Source: an uncultured delta proteobacterium
Lineage (GTDB): Bacteria; Desulfobacterota; Binatia; DP-6
Direction: 5' to 3'
NCBI GenBank assembly: GCA_963815115.1
Contig: CAWFFN010000005.1
Span: forward strand, 64,001-128,000
Length of the DNA stretch: 64,000 nucleotides
Below are positions 10,820 through 20,540 of the stretch, one piece after another. Every line of letters begins with the position of its first letter. The first letter of the stretch is position 1. The notes under the pieces were generated by a model, which did not search any database, was not told the DNA's origin, and saw only the letters and a program-made list of their open reading frames with translations. Made by a program: the position numbers and the translations under genes.

Positions 10820-11334
10820 GCGTGCGGCCGCAGGCATTCCCACACGCTCTTCGATCCGCCTCGCAGGGTCGGCAGCGCACGGCCCGGAACGTTCGCAGTC
10901 ATGCGAACCCGGCCGTCGATGATCGCGCCGGCATGCGGCGAGCCGAAATCGTGCTGGCTACACCAGCCCTTTGCGGCCTCCGGGAGGGCCAGGTAGCTCC
11001 GCCGCCCTCTTAGGCATGCCTGCCGTGCGTCGTAAGACGCCCCGCTAGCGCTGCAGCCTGCGCCATCGCTGGCTTAACCTTCTTGTGCCTGCGCCACCGC
11101 ACGCAGCGGGTGAGCACGGAAAACGGGGTGACGCCCGGAGTGCGGTAGCGGGCCGCCCAGGTCGGCCGGAATCCTTCGGAAGCCTGTCCGGCGCCCGTGG
11201 CGGGCGTCACGACCGTGATCTTCCTCGCCCAGGGGGGCAGAAGACCCTTGCCTCCGAGACCACGCGGGCGGTACAGGATCCGAGACGGGGACGGGCCCGT
11301 CCATTTGGAAATTGTCGGATGAGGCCGAGGGGCT

Positions 11335-11787
11335 ATGGGTGACTTAGTGCCGAGTGACAGGACGGACATCCACCGGGCTCTGGCTAGTGACCATGAGCGG
11401 TTGGAGCAGCTCTTCCGCGAGCTCGAGAACGCAGTGGAGGGTGCGGATCAGCCGACGATTCAGCGCGACTGGACCGATTTCGAGCGCGGAGTGCTCGCTC
11501 ACTTCGAAGCCGAGGAGCGGCTGATATTTCCGCTCCTGGAAACCGAGCACGCTCCCGAGGTCAAGCGAGCCAAAGAAGACCATGAGCGCGTGCGCGCACT
11601 GCTGGCCATCCTCGGCGTGCGCACGGATCTGCATTTGTTGCGCAAGGAGGTTGCTGACGAGCTCATCGCGCGCCTTCGCGAGCACGCGGAGTGGGAAGAT
11701 CGAACGCTCTATCCCTGGGCGCAAAGCAAGGCGAGCGAGGAAACGCGCCGCTTGCTCCGCGAGTCGCTCCTGGGCGAGAGGATTTGA
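11335..11787 (+). CDS. Hemerythrin/HHE cation-binding domain protein
   Basis: LASDHERL, LAHFEAEERLIFP, DHERV, EHAEWEDRTLYP. Confidence 0.85.
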   Translation: MGDLVPSDRTDIHRALASDHERLEQLFRELENAVEGADQPTIQRDWTDFERGVLAHFEAEERLIFPLLETEHAPEVKRAKEDHERVRALLAILGVRTDLHLLRKEVADELIARLREHAEWEDRTLYPWAQSKASEETRRLLRESLLGERI

Positions 11788-11789
11788 GT

Positions 11790-12395
11790 TTACGCGCTAC
11801 GCTGCCGATCCGGTTCGCTCGTTACGGAACAGCGGCGGGCTGGTAGGCGCTTCACCGCGTTGACCTGCGCCGTCTCGAGGCGCACGAAATGCCGGCGGCG
11901 CGCCAGCGTCTCGCGCACGCGGGTGACCGCGGGCGGCGGCACGTGCACGACGGCGCGATAGATCCCGCGCCGCAGCCCGTCACGGAGCTCGAACGCATCC
12001 CGCCGGTCACTCTTCTGGGTGGGGCGGTGCGCCTTGAGCCGCACCTCGCGGGCATCGATCACGCTCGGGGCGCACCCCAGCGCCGTCAGCTCCCGCGCGA
12101 CGAAGAACGCCACGGTGCTGGTCTCAAGGGCGACGGGCGTGCCGGCCGGAAGGTGCTGAGCGTCGTACCAGCGCCGGAATCCCTCCGGCGTCGTCGGCAT
12201 CTCCCCCTGCGCCATCACCTGCCCGTGCCCGTCCTGGATCACGAACACGCTCGCCTTGCTGTGCGCGTCCAATCCCACGTAGCATTCCATCGGGCTGCCC
12301 TCCTGCTGTTTGGGGCGCCGTCTCGGCTGACCCCGTGGTCCACCGCGAACCGTATCGCGGCGGAGGGCAGCCCGTCTTCATTGCTACGCCTATGT
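11790..12395 (-). mobile_element. Truncated IS110-family element (DEDD N-terminal domain at 11790-12290 plus upstream non-coding end)
   Basis: YVGLDAH, VALET, QKSDRRDA motifs; C-terminal Tnp20 domain absent; abuts the truncated MAPEG gene. Confidence 0.85.
12291..12374 (-). ncRNA. Structured IS110 leader (candidate bridge/seek RNA)
   Basis: Perfect 13-bp stem CGGGCTGCCCTCC/GGAGGGCAGCCCG enclosing two internal hairpins, directly upstream of the transposase ATG. Confidence 0.45.
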
Positions 12396-12694
12396 CCAGG
12401 CCGGCGACGTAGACGGCGGCGTGCCCGAGCCGCGCCCAGAAGAAGATCGTCGCGCCGAGGGCAGTCTGCGCGTTCGAGAGCCCGGCGGCGTGGGCGACCA
12501 GCACGAGCGCGGCGAAATGCGGCAGGTTCTCCAGCATGTTGGTCTGGCGCGCCGGGCGCGCTCGGCCCACGGCGACAGGGCCGGCAGCCGCCCCGCTCGG
12601 TTGCCGAGGATGTCGCCCAGGGGCTACGTCGCCCACATCGCGAGACCGTAGGGCAGGATCAGCAGGCGGCGAGCATGGTGAGATCCGTCGTCAT
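12395..12694 (-). pseudogene. MAPEG-family membrane protein, frameshifted and 3'-truncated
   Basis: RA..TNMLENLPHFAALVLVA...GATIFFWARLGHAAVYVAG; last TM helix replaced by the IS110 end. Confidence 0.8.
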
Positions 12695-13695
12695 CATCCG
12701 AGCGCTCCCGTCTCGATACCGGACGCGTGGAGCGCCGGCTCCATCTGCGCGAACGACAGCAGCTCGTCGACGCCGAACACGCCGCGCCGCACGGGCGCCG
12801 CGTGCGGGCGGGCCACCAGTGCGTCGGCGAAGGCGAGCGTCGTGGCGACGCTGCTCCGGTAGTCGCCGGCCCCGACCAGGCAACGCGACGCCACGACCTT
12901 CGCGCCGCGCCGAACGCTCACCCAGTGACAGGTCGGCTGCCGGCTCGGCTCGGCCGGTGGTGCGGTCCGCGGGAACGTGAACGCGCCGAGCGGCAGGCGG
13001 GATGCCAGGCCGATCGCGTTCAGCCCCAGCATGACGCGATTGACGATGCCGGGTCTGAACGACACCAGCACGCGCACCGCGCGTCCGCCGGCGACGTCGC
13101 GCGCGAGGCTCTCGCCGTCGGGCCCCGCCACGATCGCGCGGCACGCGCCGAAGGGCGGCGGCAGTCGGACGGCGGTGGTGCGATGCCGTCCCGACCCGGC
13201 GAGCAGCCGATGCACGATCGCCCGGCCGCTCGGCCCGGCGGCCTCGGCGATCGAGGCGAGGAAGCCGTAGTCGACGGTGTCCGCGTCGGGATGTTGCGCG
13301 AGCAGCTCGCTGAGCGCCAGCATCGCGACGCCGTAGAGGCCGGAGCGATCGACGACCAGGCCCGCCGGCTGCGATATGTCGTGCTTCAGGCGGGCGCGGG
13401 GCGTCGCCGGCAGGTCGTCGAGGTTCAAGAGCGTCGGCCCGGCGTCGAGGACCGCGCGCTCCGCGGTGAGGCCGGGATGGCGCACCGTGCTCAGCACGAG
13501 GTCGACCTCTGCGCAGGCGTCGCGAATCGTGTCGGGGCGATCGAGGTCGACGAGCCGGAAGTCGCCAGCCGGCTCCGGGCGCCGGCCGCCGCGCGTGACC
13601 CGCCAGCCGTGGCGCGAAAAGGCCGTGGCGAGGAAGCTGCCGAGGAAGCCCTGCGCGCCGATGACCAGAACGCTCCGCTGCGTGGGATCGGGCAT
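12694..13695 (-). CDS. NAD(P)-binding oxidoreductase (saccharopine dehydrogenase/epimerase-like)
   Basis: VLVIGAQGFLG Rossmann motif, VDLDRP...DLVLSTV, C-terminal GVFGVDELL. Confidence 0.75.
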   Translation of the reverse strand: MPDPTQRSVLVIGAQGFLGSFLATAFSRHGWRVTRGGRRPEPAGDFRLVDLDRPDTIRDACAEVDLVLSTVRHPGLTAERAVLDAGPTLLNLDDLPATPRARLKHDISQPAGLVVDRSGLYGVAMLALSELLAQHPDADTVDYGFLASIAEAAGPSGRAIVHRLLAGSGRHRTTAVRLPPPFGACRAIVAGPDGESLARDVAGGRAVRVLVSFRPGIVNRVMLGLNAIGLASRLPLGAFTFPRTAPPAEPSRQPTCHWVSVRRGAKVVASRCLVGAGDYRSSVATTLAFADALVARPHAAPVRRGVFGVDELLSFAQMEPALHASGIETGALG

Positions 13696-13721
13696 GATGA
13701 TGCCTCCCTTTGCCGCTGACG

Positions 13722-13753
13722 ATACGGTCGTATAGTCAACGATACGATCGTAT
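13722..13753. promoter_or_regulatory. Pair of palindromic operators (TetR-type)
   Basis: ATACGGTCGTAT and ATACGATCGTAT 20 bp apart between divergent genes. Confidence 0.65.
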
Positions 13754-13932
13754 GGCAAGAGGGTCGTCCGATCTCACGCCGCCGCCCGCCTCCGCGAGAC
13801 CGCGCTCGAGGGCGACGCCGCCGGCCTGGAGCTGTTCGAACGCTTCCTCGCGCTCGCCCGGGCGCAGCTCGACCGTCTGGTCGCCGCCGGTCTGCTCCGG
13901 CGCGGCGTCGACCGGGACTGGACGGCGCTCCC
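13752..13932 (+). pseudogene. TetR-family regulator remnant
   Basis: MARGSSDLT..ARLRETALE start joined to a C-terminal-like LFERFLALARAQLDRLVAAGLLRRGVDRDWTAL; HTH deleted. Confidence 0.55.
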
Positions 13933-14019
13933 CGTTCCGGAAGGCGGCGGGCTGGTACACGGGAAGGACGCACGGATCGTACGCAAGAAGGGCAAATACC
14001 CCTTTCGTACCGCTTATCG
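13933..14019. repeat. About 87-bp non-coding direct repeat, copy 1
   Basis: Aligns with 16913-17000 (shared core GGACGCACGGATCGTACGCAAGAAGGGCAAATAC). Confidence 0.9.
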
Positions 14020-14192
14020 GCGATCGGCGGCGGGATGACGGCTGCCGGTGGCGTTTGGGGGCCAGGGCGGCGAGCGCCAGGACGCCGCCAGGATTCCGTA
14101 TCTGAGCACTAGGGAAGCACTAGGGACTCCCTTTCAAAGATGTCCCGGCGGCGGCCACGGGGCCGGCGCCGGGAGTTCGTGCTACCCCGAAG

Positions 14193-16352
14193 CTATGGAA
14201 CGGTGACGAACTGTGCGTTGCCGGGTAGGCTGAGCGAGCCCGGTCCCGGCAGATCGGCGAGCCCGTCGAGTGCCAGGCTGCCGGTCGGTGGGATGCAGAA
14301 GTTGCTCACGAGCACCCCGGCGTGCGACAGGCCGTCGGTCAGATCGCCGGCCGGCGACCCGTTCTGCGTGATCGCCTGGGCCGTCGACTGGCCGAAGGCC
14401 CCGGCGTTCACCTGGCCCGAGCAGAAGAGCCCGTCCGCCGCTTGCGTGTTGGCCGGCGCCGAGGTGAGCGGATTGAGGCTCACCGGCAGCGTGGCCACGA
14501 AGGTGCCCGGGCTCGGCAGACAATCGAGCGACGTCTGCGTGCTGTTGTTGGTCGTGCACGGGAAGTTGACCTGGACGCCGTAGTTACAGACACCGCTGCC
14601 GTTGTCGCAAATCGGGCAGACGGTGGGCTGGCCCAGGGTCAGGTAGACGAGCGACGCCAGCTCGATGTCGACCGACGACTCGCCCGTGGCCAGGTTGAGC
14701 GTCCCGCTCGCGTTCTGCGCGAAGGTGTTGACCACGCAGCTCGAGGGGAAGCCGTTCACCAGAACCGGGGGGCCGAAGTAGCAGGGGAGGTCGGTCTGGC
14801 AGGCGCCCGGCGCGAAGCATCTACTGTCGCTGGTGCACTCGACGACCGGGTTGTTGACGCAGTGCTTGGCGGGGCCCTGCGGCGCCATGGAGCAGTCCGC
14901 CCGACTGGTTCCCAGGCTGCCCGCCAGCGTGGTGCCGTCCGGGCTGTCGAGAACCGTGGTGGCGTTCTCCGGGATGAGCGACGGGTTCACGGTCGCCGCG
15001 CCGCCGCCGATGTAGAGGCAGCCGAGCCCGAGGTCGACGAGCTTGGTGCCGACGAGGTCGGAGTCGAGCTGGCCCGAGAACGGCGGATCGGCCGGCGTGG
15101 AGAACCGGCCAGAGCCACAGTTGGCGGTCCCTGCCGCCGTGGTGAACGACAGGTGCTGGCCGAGCGGCGGCGGATTCGTGGTCGTGGTCGTGGTGCTGGT
15201 GGTCGTGTCGAGGGGGGTCGTCGTCGGCACGGTCACCGTGCGTGACAGCGTCGTCCCGACCGAGTCGATCTGCCCCTCCAGCGGCGCCAGCTGCGTCGGC
15301 GTCCCGCACACCTTGAGCGCACCGTTGAAGGACGACGCCGCCTTCTGGCCGCACGGCTCGCTGACCTGCACGCCCGACTTCGCCGCCTTCGAGAAGCACG
15401 TCGCGAAGCCCCGCGCCTTCTTGCCAATCGCGCCGAGCTGCTTGCCGAAGCAGATGTCCGGACCCGGTGCGCCGTTGGTCACCGTCTGGATGGCGGCTGC
15501 GAGCATGCTGTCGACGTCGGCCTCGACCGAGGCCGCGTCGGTGGCGGGGGTCAGGCAGTCACCCTTTGCCTGGGCCTTGGTGAAGCCCTTGTTGAAGTTG
15601 TCGACGGCCTTCTGGATGCAGGCGGGATCGACCGGGAGGCCCTTCTGCAGCGCCTTGGAGTAGCAGGCGGCCTCGGCCTTCGTCTTCTTGCCGGCGGCGT
15701 CCATCTGGCCCTGGGCGCACTTGCTCGCTGGCGATGCGGCCGGCGTGAAGGCGAGGTTGTCCATCGTGAAGATCTCGACGCCGTGGAAGAGGAATCCCGG
15801 CGGCCCGCAGGTATGCGTGCTGGTGATGATGACCTGCGACGCGCCGGGGGCCGCGAAGCTGAGCTGGACGGTGCCACCCGAGAGGGGCACCGGCGCGGTC
15901 ACACTGCCCACCGGCGTGGTGTCCGCGAAGCCCTGAACGGTCACTGCCATGGTGCCCGAGCAATCGATGCCACCCGTGCCGGTGTCGAACTGCATCGACG
16001 TGATGGGCGGATAGAAGTCGAGGAACTCGGGTGTCTGGGGAAGTCCGCCGTTCGACATCGGGAAGGCGCTGATGAAGACGATGAAGTTGGGCGGCGAGAT
16101 CTCGGGCAGGCCGATGCCCGTGCCGCTGCCGAGCAGCGCGCCGCCGTTCTGACCGAAGCCCGAGAAGATGACGCCCTGCGAGGCGAACTCGGTTGTGAGC
16201 GGCCCGGGGAGCGGGATCGAATCGGGGGCGGGGATGTTGTCGAAGTTGATGAAGGTCGCGGTGACCGGCGGCGGGATGATGGGATCCGCCGTCGCCCTCT
16301 GGGTCAGGACTGCGAGAGCCAGTAGGCCTACGAGCAAACTGCGCGTACGCAT
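14193..16352 (-). CDS. Secreted modular Cys-rich protein with Thr-rich linker
   Basis: Signal peptide, beta-rich N-domain, two Cys helical repeats (KCAQ...AACYSKA; ICFG...TCFSKA), TTTSTTTTTT linker, Cys-rich C-domain; AGGAG RBS. Confidence 0.8.
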   Translation of the reverse strand: MRTRSLLVGLLALAVLTQRATADPIIPPPVTATFINFDNIPAPDSIPLPGPLTTEFASQGVIFSGFGQNGGALLGSGTGIGLPEISPPNFIVFISAFPMSNGGLPQTPEFLDFYPPITSMQFDTGTGGIDCSGTMAVTVQGFADTTPVGSVTAPVPLSGGTVQLSFAAPGASQVIITSTHTCGPPGFLFHGVEIFTMDNLAFTPAASPASKCAQGQMDAAGKKTKAEAACYSKALQKGLPVDPACIQKAVDNFNKGFTKAQAKGDCLTPATDAASVEADVDSMLAAAIQTVTNGAPGPDICFGKQLGAIGKKARGFATCFSKAAKSGVQVSEPCGQKAASSFNGALKVCGTPTQLAPLEGQIDSVGTTLSRTVTVPTTTPLDTTTSTTTTTTNPPPLGQHLSFTTAAGTANCGSGRFSTPADPPFSGQLDSDLVGTKLVDLGLGCLYIGGGAATVNPSLIPENATTVLDSPDGTTLAGSLGTSRADCSMAPQGPAKHCVNNPVVECTSDSRCFAPGACQTDLPCYFGPPVLVNGFPSSCVVNTFAQNASGTLNLATGESSVDIELASLVYLTLGQPTVCPICDNGSGVCNYGVQVNFPCTTNNSTQTSLDCLPSPGTFVATLPVSLNPLTSAPANTQAADGLFCSGQVNAGAFGQSTAQAITQNGSPAGDLTDGLSHAGVLVSNFCIPPTGSLALDGLADLPGPGSLSLPGNAQFVTVP

Positions 16353-16399
16353 CGGCAACTCCTTTCCGAGAGGTCCCGGCGCCGGCCACGCGCACCGGC

Positions 16400-16903
16400 G
16401 CCGAAGAACTGCGCGTTCCCGGGCAAGCTGAGCGAGCCGGGGCCCGGCAGGTCGGCCAGTCCGTCAAGGGCCAGGCTGCCGGTCCGCGGGATGCAGAAGT
16501 TGCTCACGAGCACCCCGGAGTGTGGCAGGCCATCGTTCAGATCACCCGCCGGCACGCCGTTCTGGACGATTGCCTGGGCCGCCCGCTGCCCGAAGGCTCC
16601 GGGGTTCGCCCGCGAGGAGCAGAAGAGACCATCCGCCGCCTGCGTGTTGAGCGTCGCCGAGGTGAGCGGATTGAGGCTCACCGGCAACGTGGCGACGAAG
16701 GTGCCCGGGTTCGGCATGCAATCGAGGGACGTCTGCGTGCCGTTGCTGGTGGTGCATGGCTGGCCCTGGTTGGCGCCGTAGTTGCAGAACCCGCCGTCGC
16801 AGATCGGACAGACGGTGGGGCTGGCCCAGGTCAGGTAGACGAACGACGAGAGCTCGATGTCGACCGAGGACTCGCCCGTGGCCAAGTTGAGCGTCCCGAT
16901 CAT
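16400..16903 (-). pseudogene. Partial paralog of the C-terminal domain of 14193-16352
   Basis: GTLNLATGESSVDIEL...DGLADLPGPGSLSLPGNAQF nearly identical to the neighbour's last ~165 aa. Confidence 0.85.
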
Positions 16904-16912
16904 ACGCTGCGT

Positions 16913-17000
16913 CGTTCCAGAAGGGCGGCGGGCTGGTACACGTGCCGGACGCACGGATCGTACGCAAGAAGGGCAAATACACCCTTCGTGCCGCCTATCG
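16913..17000. repeat. About 87-bp non-coding direct repeat, copy 2
   Basis: Aligns with 13933-14019. Confidence 0.9.
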
Positions 17001-17299
17001 ACCCGTGCAGTGGCGACTTCCCGAAGAAAAGCCTTCACCTAAGCTCGGTCGGTAGCACAGGTCGGCGTCGTCTGCATTCGGCGTGAAGCCGGAGGCGGCA
17101 GCGTCTCGAACCACGGCGCTGGGGCTCCGCAGCGGGCCGCCAGCGCATGCCGGTGCGCAAGCTGTCCGAGCATCTGCATGTACGCTCTCCGATCGCGAGC
17201 GCCTGTCAAGGGCGTCAAGGCTCACAACGCGCTGGCGCTAAGCGAAAACCGCGGGCGGCGCGCCTGCTACCGGCAAGACTCTGGAGCCCTCACCCTGTT

Positions 17300-17637
17300 T
17301 CGTGCACGTGGATGACCTGTGCGAGGCCATCACGCGTGTCCTCGAGCGCGATCTGACCGGCACACCTACAACGTCGCGGAACCGGACCCCTGACGCTCGG
17401 CGGTGTCCTGCGCGATGGCGGCGAGGCTGGGCATCCGTCGCGTCTTCGTCCCGTTGCCGTTCGCACCCGTGCTCGCCGCCGTGCGTGCGCTGGGAAGGCC
17501 TGCGGGTGCCGTTTCCGCGGCGGTCGGAGAGCCTGCTCGGGCTGCAGGGACTGCGGCGCGTCCCCGTGGACGACGATCTCCACCGGCTCGGCCTCCGGAT
17601 GCGTCCCGCGGCGGAGAGCCTCGCCTCGGTGGAGTGA
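17300..17637 (+). pseudogene. C-terminal fragment of NAD-dependent epimerase/dehydratase
   Basis: VHVDDLCEAITRVLE..G.YNVAEPDP and C-terminal DLHRLGLRMRPAAESL across frames; no N-terminus. Confidence 0.55.
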
Positions 17638-17650
17638 CGCGCCGAGAGCG

Positions 17651-20098
17651 CTAGCCCCCGTCCTCGCCGCAGCCCGGCATCCGACGGACCTCGAGCGCAT
17701 CGACGTGGTTCAGATGCCCCACCGCGACGTAGTCTCCCTGCGCGGCGAGCGCGGCCGCGCCCGTCGTGCCGAGCGCCAGCAGCTTCGTCAGGTTCTCGCG
17801 CAGGAGCAGCTTTCCGGTCTGGTCCTGGATCGAGAGCCGTGCAGCCTGCGGCGAGAGCGTCGCGACCCATCCGTTCCCCACGGCGATCGGTGAGCAGTCG
17901 CCCAGCCGGACTCCCCAGCCAGGCGACACCACCGCCGGGAAGCGCCGCACGATCGTTCCCGAGCCGGTATCGAGGACCTGGATCTCCTGCTCGGCCGAGG
18001 CGAGGAAGAGCAGGTCCCCGCTGGCGGCGATCCCCGTCCATGCGCCTTCCGGCAGGGGCCACGGGGGCGCGGGAGCGGCGCTCAGCCGGCCGCTGAGAGC
18101 GTCGACGGCCCACCAGGTATCGCGCGCGAACGCGGCGCATGCGTGTCCGATGCTGTCGGGCAGTGCCGGCACCTGCGTGCGGGCGGCCAGAGCCCCCTTC
18201 CCGATGCGCGTCTCGCCGCCATGACGGTCGAGCAGCCGCACCACCGGTGCGCTGCCGTCCCGGGTGTCGACGCCCATCGCGACCGGCTCCTGGACCGTGA
18301 ACTTGTGCGGGCCCACGCTCACGAAGTCGTAGCTTCCGACGATCCAAACGGGGACGGCACCCTGCCCGGGCAGGCTGCCGAGAGAGAGCGCATCGTTGGC
18401 CTGATTGCTCGATCCCCTCTTCACCAGGTTCGCGCACCCCCGTGCGGCATCGAGGCTCAGGAACTGCTCGAGGGCGTTCCGTGTCTCGGGCCACCTCGAG
18501 CGCGGCGTCCGGATCTGGAGGGGAGGAACGCCTTCCTCCGCGGGCCGTTCCGCCGCGACCCCGAGCGGCGGTTCGGCCAGGCTGACCGGCGTTCCGCCCG
18601 CGGCCTGAAGTCGGTTGGCGAGCGCGAGCTCCCAGCGGGTAGGGTGCCTGAACTCCCAGACGATGGTCTCGGCATCGCCGGTCCGGATCTGCGCGTCGAG
18701 ATAGGTGAGCGGCGACTTGACGTCGGAGGCATACAGCCTGAGCACGCTCGGGAGCGAGGTCTCGCGGTCGATGTTGCGGAGCGCCGAGTACAGATCGATG
18801 AACCGCTCCGGCCTGCCGGCGCCGAGCGCTGCCAGCTTGCCGTACAGGCGAAGCCCCCCCGGCGCGGTCGGATTCTCGCGCTGCTCGTCGCTGTCCACGA
18901 GCACGACCGAGCTGCCGCCCGCGATCTCGTGCCCCCAGCGCCGGCCGTCGCGCGCGCATCCGAGGCACGTGATGCCGTCGCCGAAGCCGCTCTCGCCGAA
19001 GGGGATCTTCGTTCCGTGAGCCGGGGGCAGGGCGGCGTACAGCAGGCCCAGGCCGCCACCGGACCATGCGGCGAGCGCCAGGAGCGCACCAGCGAACACC
19101 GTGCGCCGCGCGCCGGGCGATATCTCGACGAGGGGACGCATGCGGGCGAGGACGACGCCGCCGTGCGCGGCGAGGGCGCACCATGCCAGGTCGAAGATCA
19201 GGAAGCGCCGCGCGGTACCCACGCTGAGGACCGGCAGGGCGAGACCGCCGAGCGCGAGCGCGATCCAGAGATACCAGGCTCTGAGCGCTCCGAGCCTGGC
19301 GAGGCCAACCAGTCCCAGGATGGCCACGGGCAGGAGGCACAAGCCTCCGTGCGCGAAACCCGGGTCCAGCGCCGTTCCGGGACCGGTTGCCGGCCAATGC
19401 CAGAGCGCGTTCAGGTCGTCCGCTCGCCCGGTCCAGAAGTACGTTCGAATCGTCGGGACCAGCTGCCGTTGCAGGTTGTCGGAGATACCGCGGAGCATCC
19501 CTTCGGAGCGGTTGCCGACGTAGCCGCTATACCGCGGCCAGAGCGATGCGAGCGTCGGCGTTCCGGCGGCGAAGACGGCGGCGATGGCGAACCCCGATCC
19601 CAGGCACAGTGGAAGCACCACCCACTGGCGGCGCGCGGATCCCGCCGCGCGCATCCCCGCGAGCAGCGCCAGGAGCGAGAGCGGAATCGCGACCCGCGCG
19701 GTGTAGTAGTCATAGACCGACGTCCACGCGACCACACCGGCGAGGAGCGCCAGCGCGATGCTCCTGCGCGAGCCGGCGCGATGGGCGAGCCAGAGGACGA
19801 GGAGCGTGTGGGGAACCGCCGCGATCTGCAGCCCGCCGAGGCGTGCCCACGTGATCTGCAACGGGGAGACGGCGACCAGTCCCGCGAACGCGAGGCCGAA
19901 CGCCGGCGACACGACCGCCCGCCCGACGAGCCAGGCCAGCACGACGGCGAGGATCCCGCACAGGCTCCCGATGTACTGCGGCAGCTCGAGCGACGGTCCC
20001 AGGGTGGCGACGGCGAGCGCGTTCACCGGCACCATGACGGCGGATTCCTGAGGCCAGGTCACCTGCGTCGAGGAGAGCACGATTTTCCAGCGGTCCAC
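17651..20098 (-). CDS. Polytopic membrane protein, GT-C (ArnT/GT39-like) glycosyltransferase with large extracytoplasmic domain
   Basis: Multiple TM segments, AVSPLQITWAR, YYTAR, ARRFL motifs, then a beta-propeller-like C-terminus; 5' end may be truncated. Confidence 0.6.
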   Translation of the reverse strand: MDRWKIVLSSTQVTWPQESAVMVPVNALAVATLGPSLELPQYIGSLCGILAVVLAWLVGRAVVSPAFGLAFAGLVAVSPLQITWARLGGLQIAAVPHTLLVLWLAHRAGSRRSIALALLAGVVAWTSVYDYYTARVAIPLSLLALLAGMRAAGSARRQWVVLPLCLGSGFAIAAVFAAGTPTLASLWPRYSGYVGNRSEGMLRGISDNLQRQLVPTIRTYFWTGRADDLNALWHWPATGPGTALDPGFAHGGLCLLPVAILGLVGLARLGALRAWYLWIALALGGLALPVLSVGTARRFLIFDLAWCALAAHGGVVLARMRPLVEISPGARRTVFAGALLALAAWSGGGLGLLYAALPPAHGTKIPFGESGFGDGITCLGCARDGRRWGHEIAGGSSVVLVDSDEQRENPTAPGGLRLYGKLAALGAGRPERFIDLYSALRNIDRETSLPSVLRLYASDVKSPLTYLDAQIRTGDAETIVWEFRHPTRWELALANRLQAAGGTPVSLAEPPLGVAAERPAEEGVPPLQIRTPRSRWPETRNALEQFLSLDAARGCANLVKRGSSNQANDALSLGSLPGQGAVPVWIVGSYDFVSVGPHKFTVQEPVAMGVDTRDGSAPVVRLLDRHGGETRIGKGALAARTQVPALPDSIGHACAAFARDTWWAVDALSGRLSAAPAPPWPLPEGAWTGIAASGDLLFLASAEQEIQVLDTGSGTIVRRFPAVVSPGWGVRLGDCSPIAVGNGWVATLSPQAARLSIQDQTGKLLLRENLTKLLALGTTGAAALAAQGDYVAVGHLNHVDALEVRRMPGCGEDGG

Positions 20099-20249
20099 AG
20101 GTCGCCCTTCGCCCCGAGCACGGTGAGACCCCGCTCTGCGCGGCCCGAGAGCTCGAGCCAGCGCAACGCGGCGACCGGGACAGTCGGCTGCACGTCGTGC
20201 CTGTGCGCACCGGCGCCGAATGCTGTCAACAAAGGAGCGGAACGTTCAT

Positions 20250-20540
20250 CCTCGCGCACGGCGCGCCACCGCGAGCGGGCTCGCTCCGACCGGCAGCGGT
20301 ACACGCCCACCAGGTGACTCTCCGCGCCGAACGCCGCGGCGAGCAACCGGTTGGTGAAGCCGGGGCGCCTGTCCTCGAAGTCGCTTCGCACGGGCCCGTG
20401 CGGCGGCCAGAGACGACGTGCCCAGCGGACGGCGGCGATGGGCGGGAAGAGGAGACTGTTGAAATAGGTTACGCCGGCGGGGGACAGCGCGGCGCGCGCG
20501 AACGCATTGCACAGCGTCGCGCGGGTGTGGCGCCGGCGAT
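20250..20540 (-). pseudogene. Class I SAM methyltransferase C-terminal fragment
   Basis: RRHTRATL...VTYFNSLLFPPIAAVR...NRLLAAAFGAE. Confidence 0.6.

Noticed and set aside
8827-11013. 728-aa plus-strand ORF and similar long ORFs (17238-19397, 18143-20317, 35637-37100, 48137-49903, 50982-52679, 60708-62456)
   Set aside because: Antisense or off-frame shadows of real genes in high-GC DNA; Arg/Gly/Ala-rich with no motifs
10920-11330. Possible ncRNA or gene fragment between pcm and hemerythrin
   Set aside because: No recognisable family or convincing structure beyond generic GC pairing
13933-14019. c-di-GMP-I riboswitch (GGCAAA motif) or CRISPR repeat
   Set aside because: Lacks the GAAA-capped stem and downstream GCAAAG on that strand; only two copies 3 kb apart, with no spacers or cas genes
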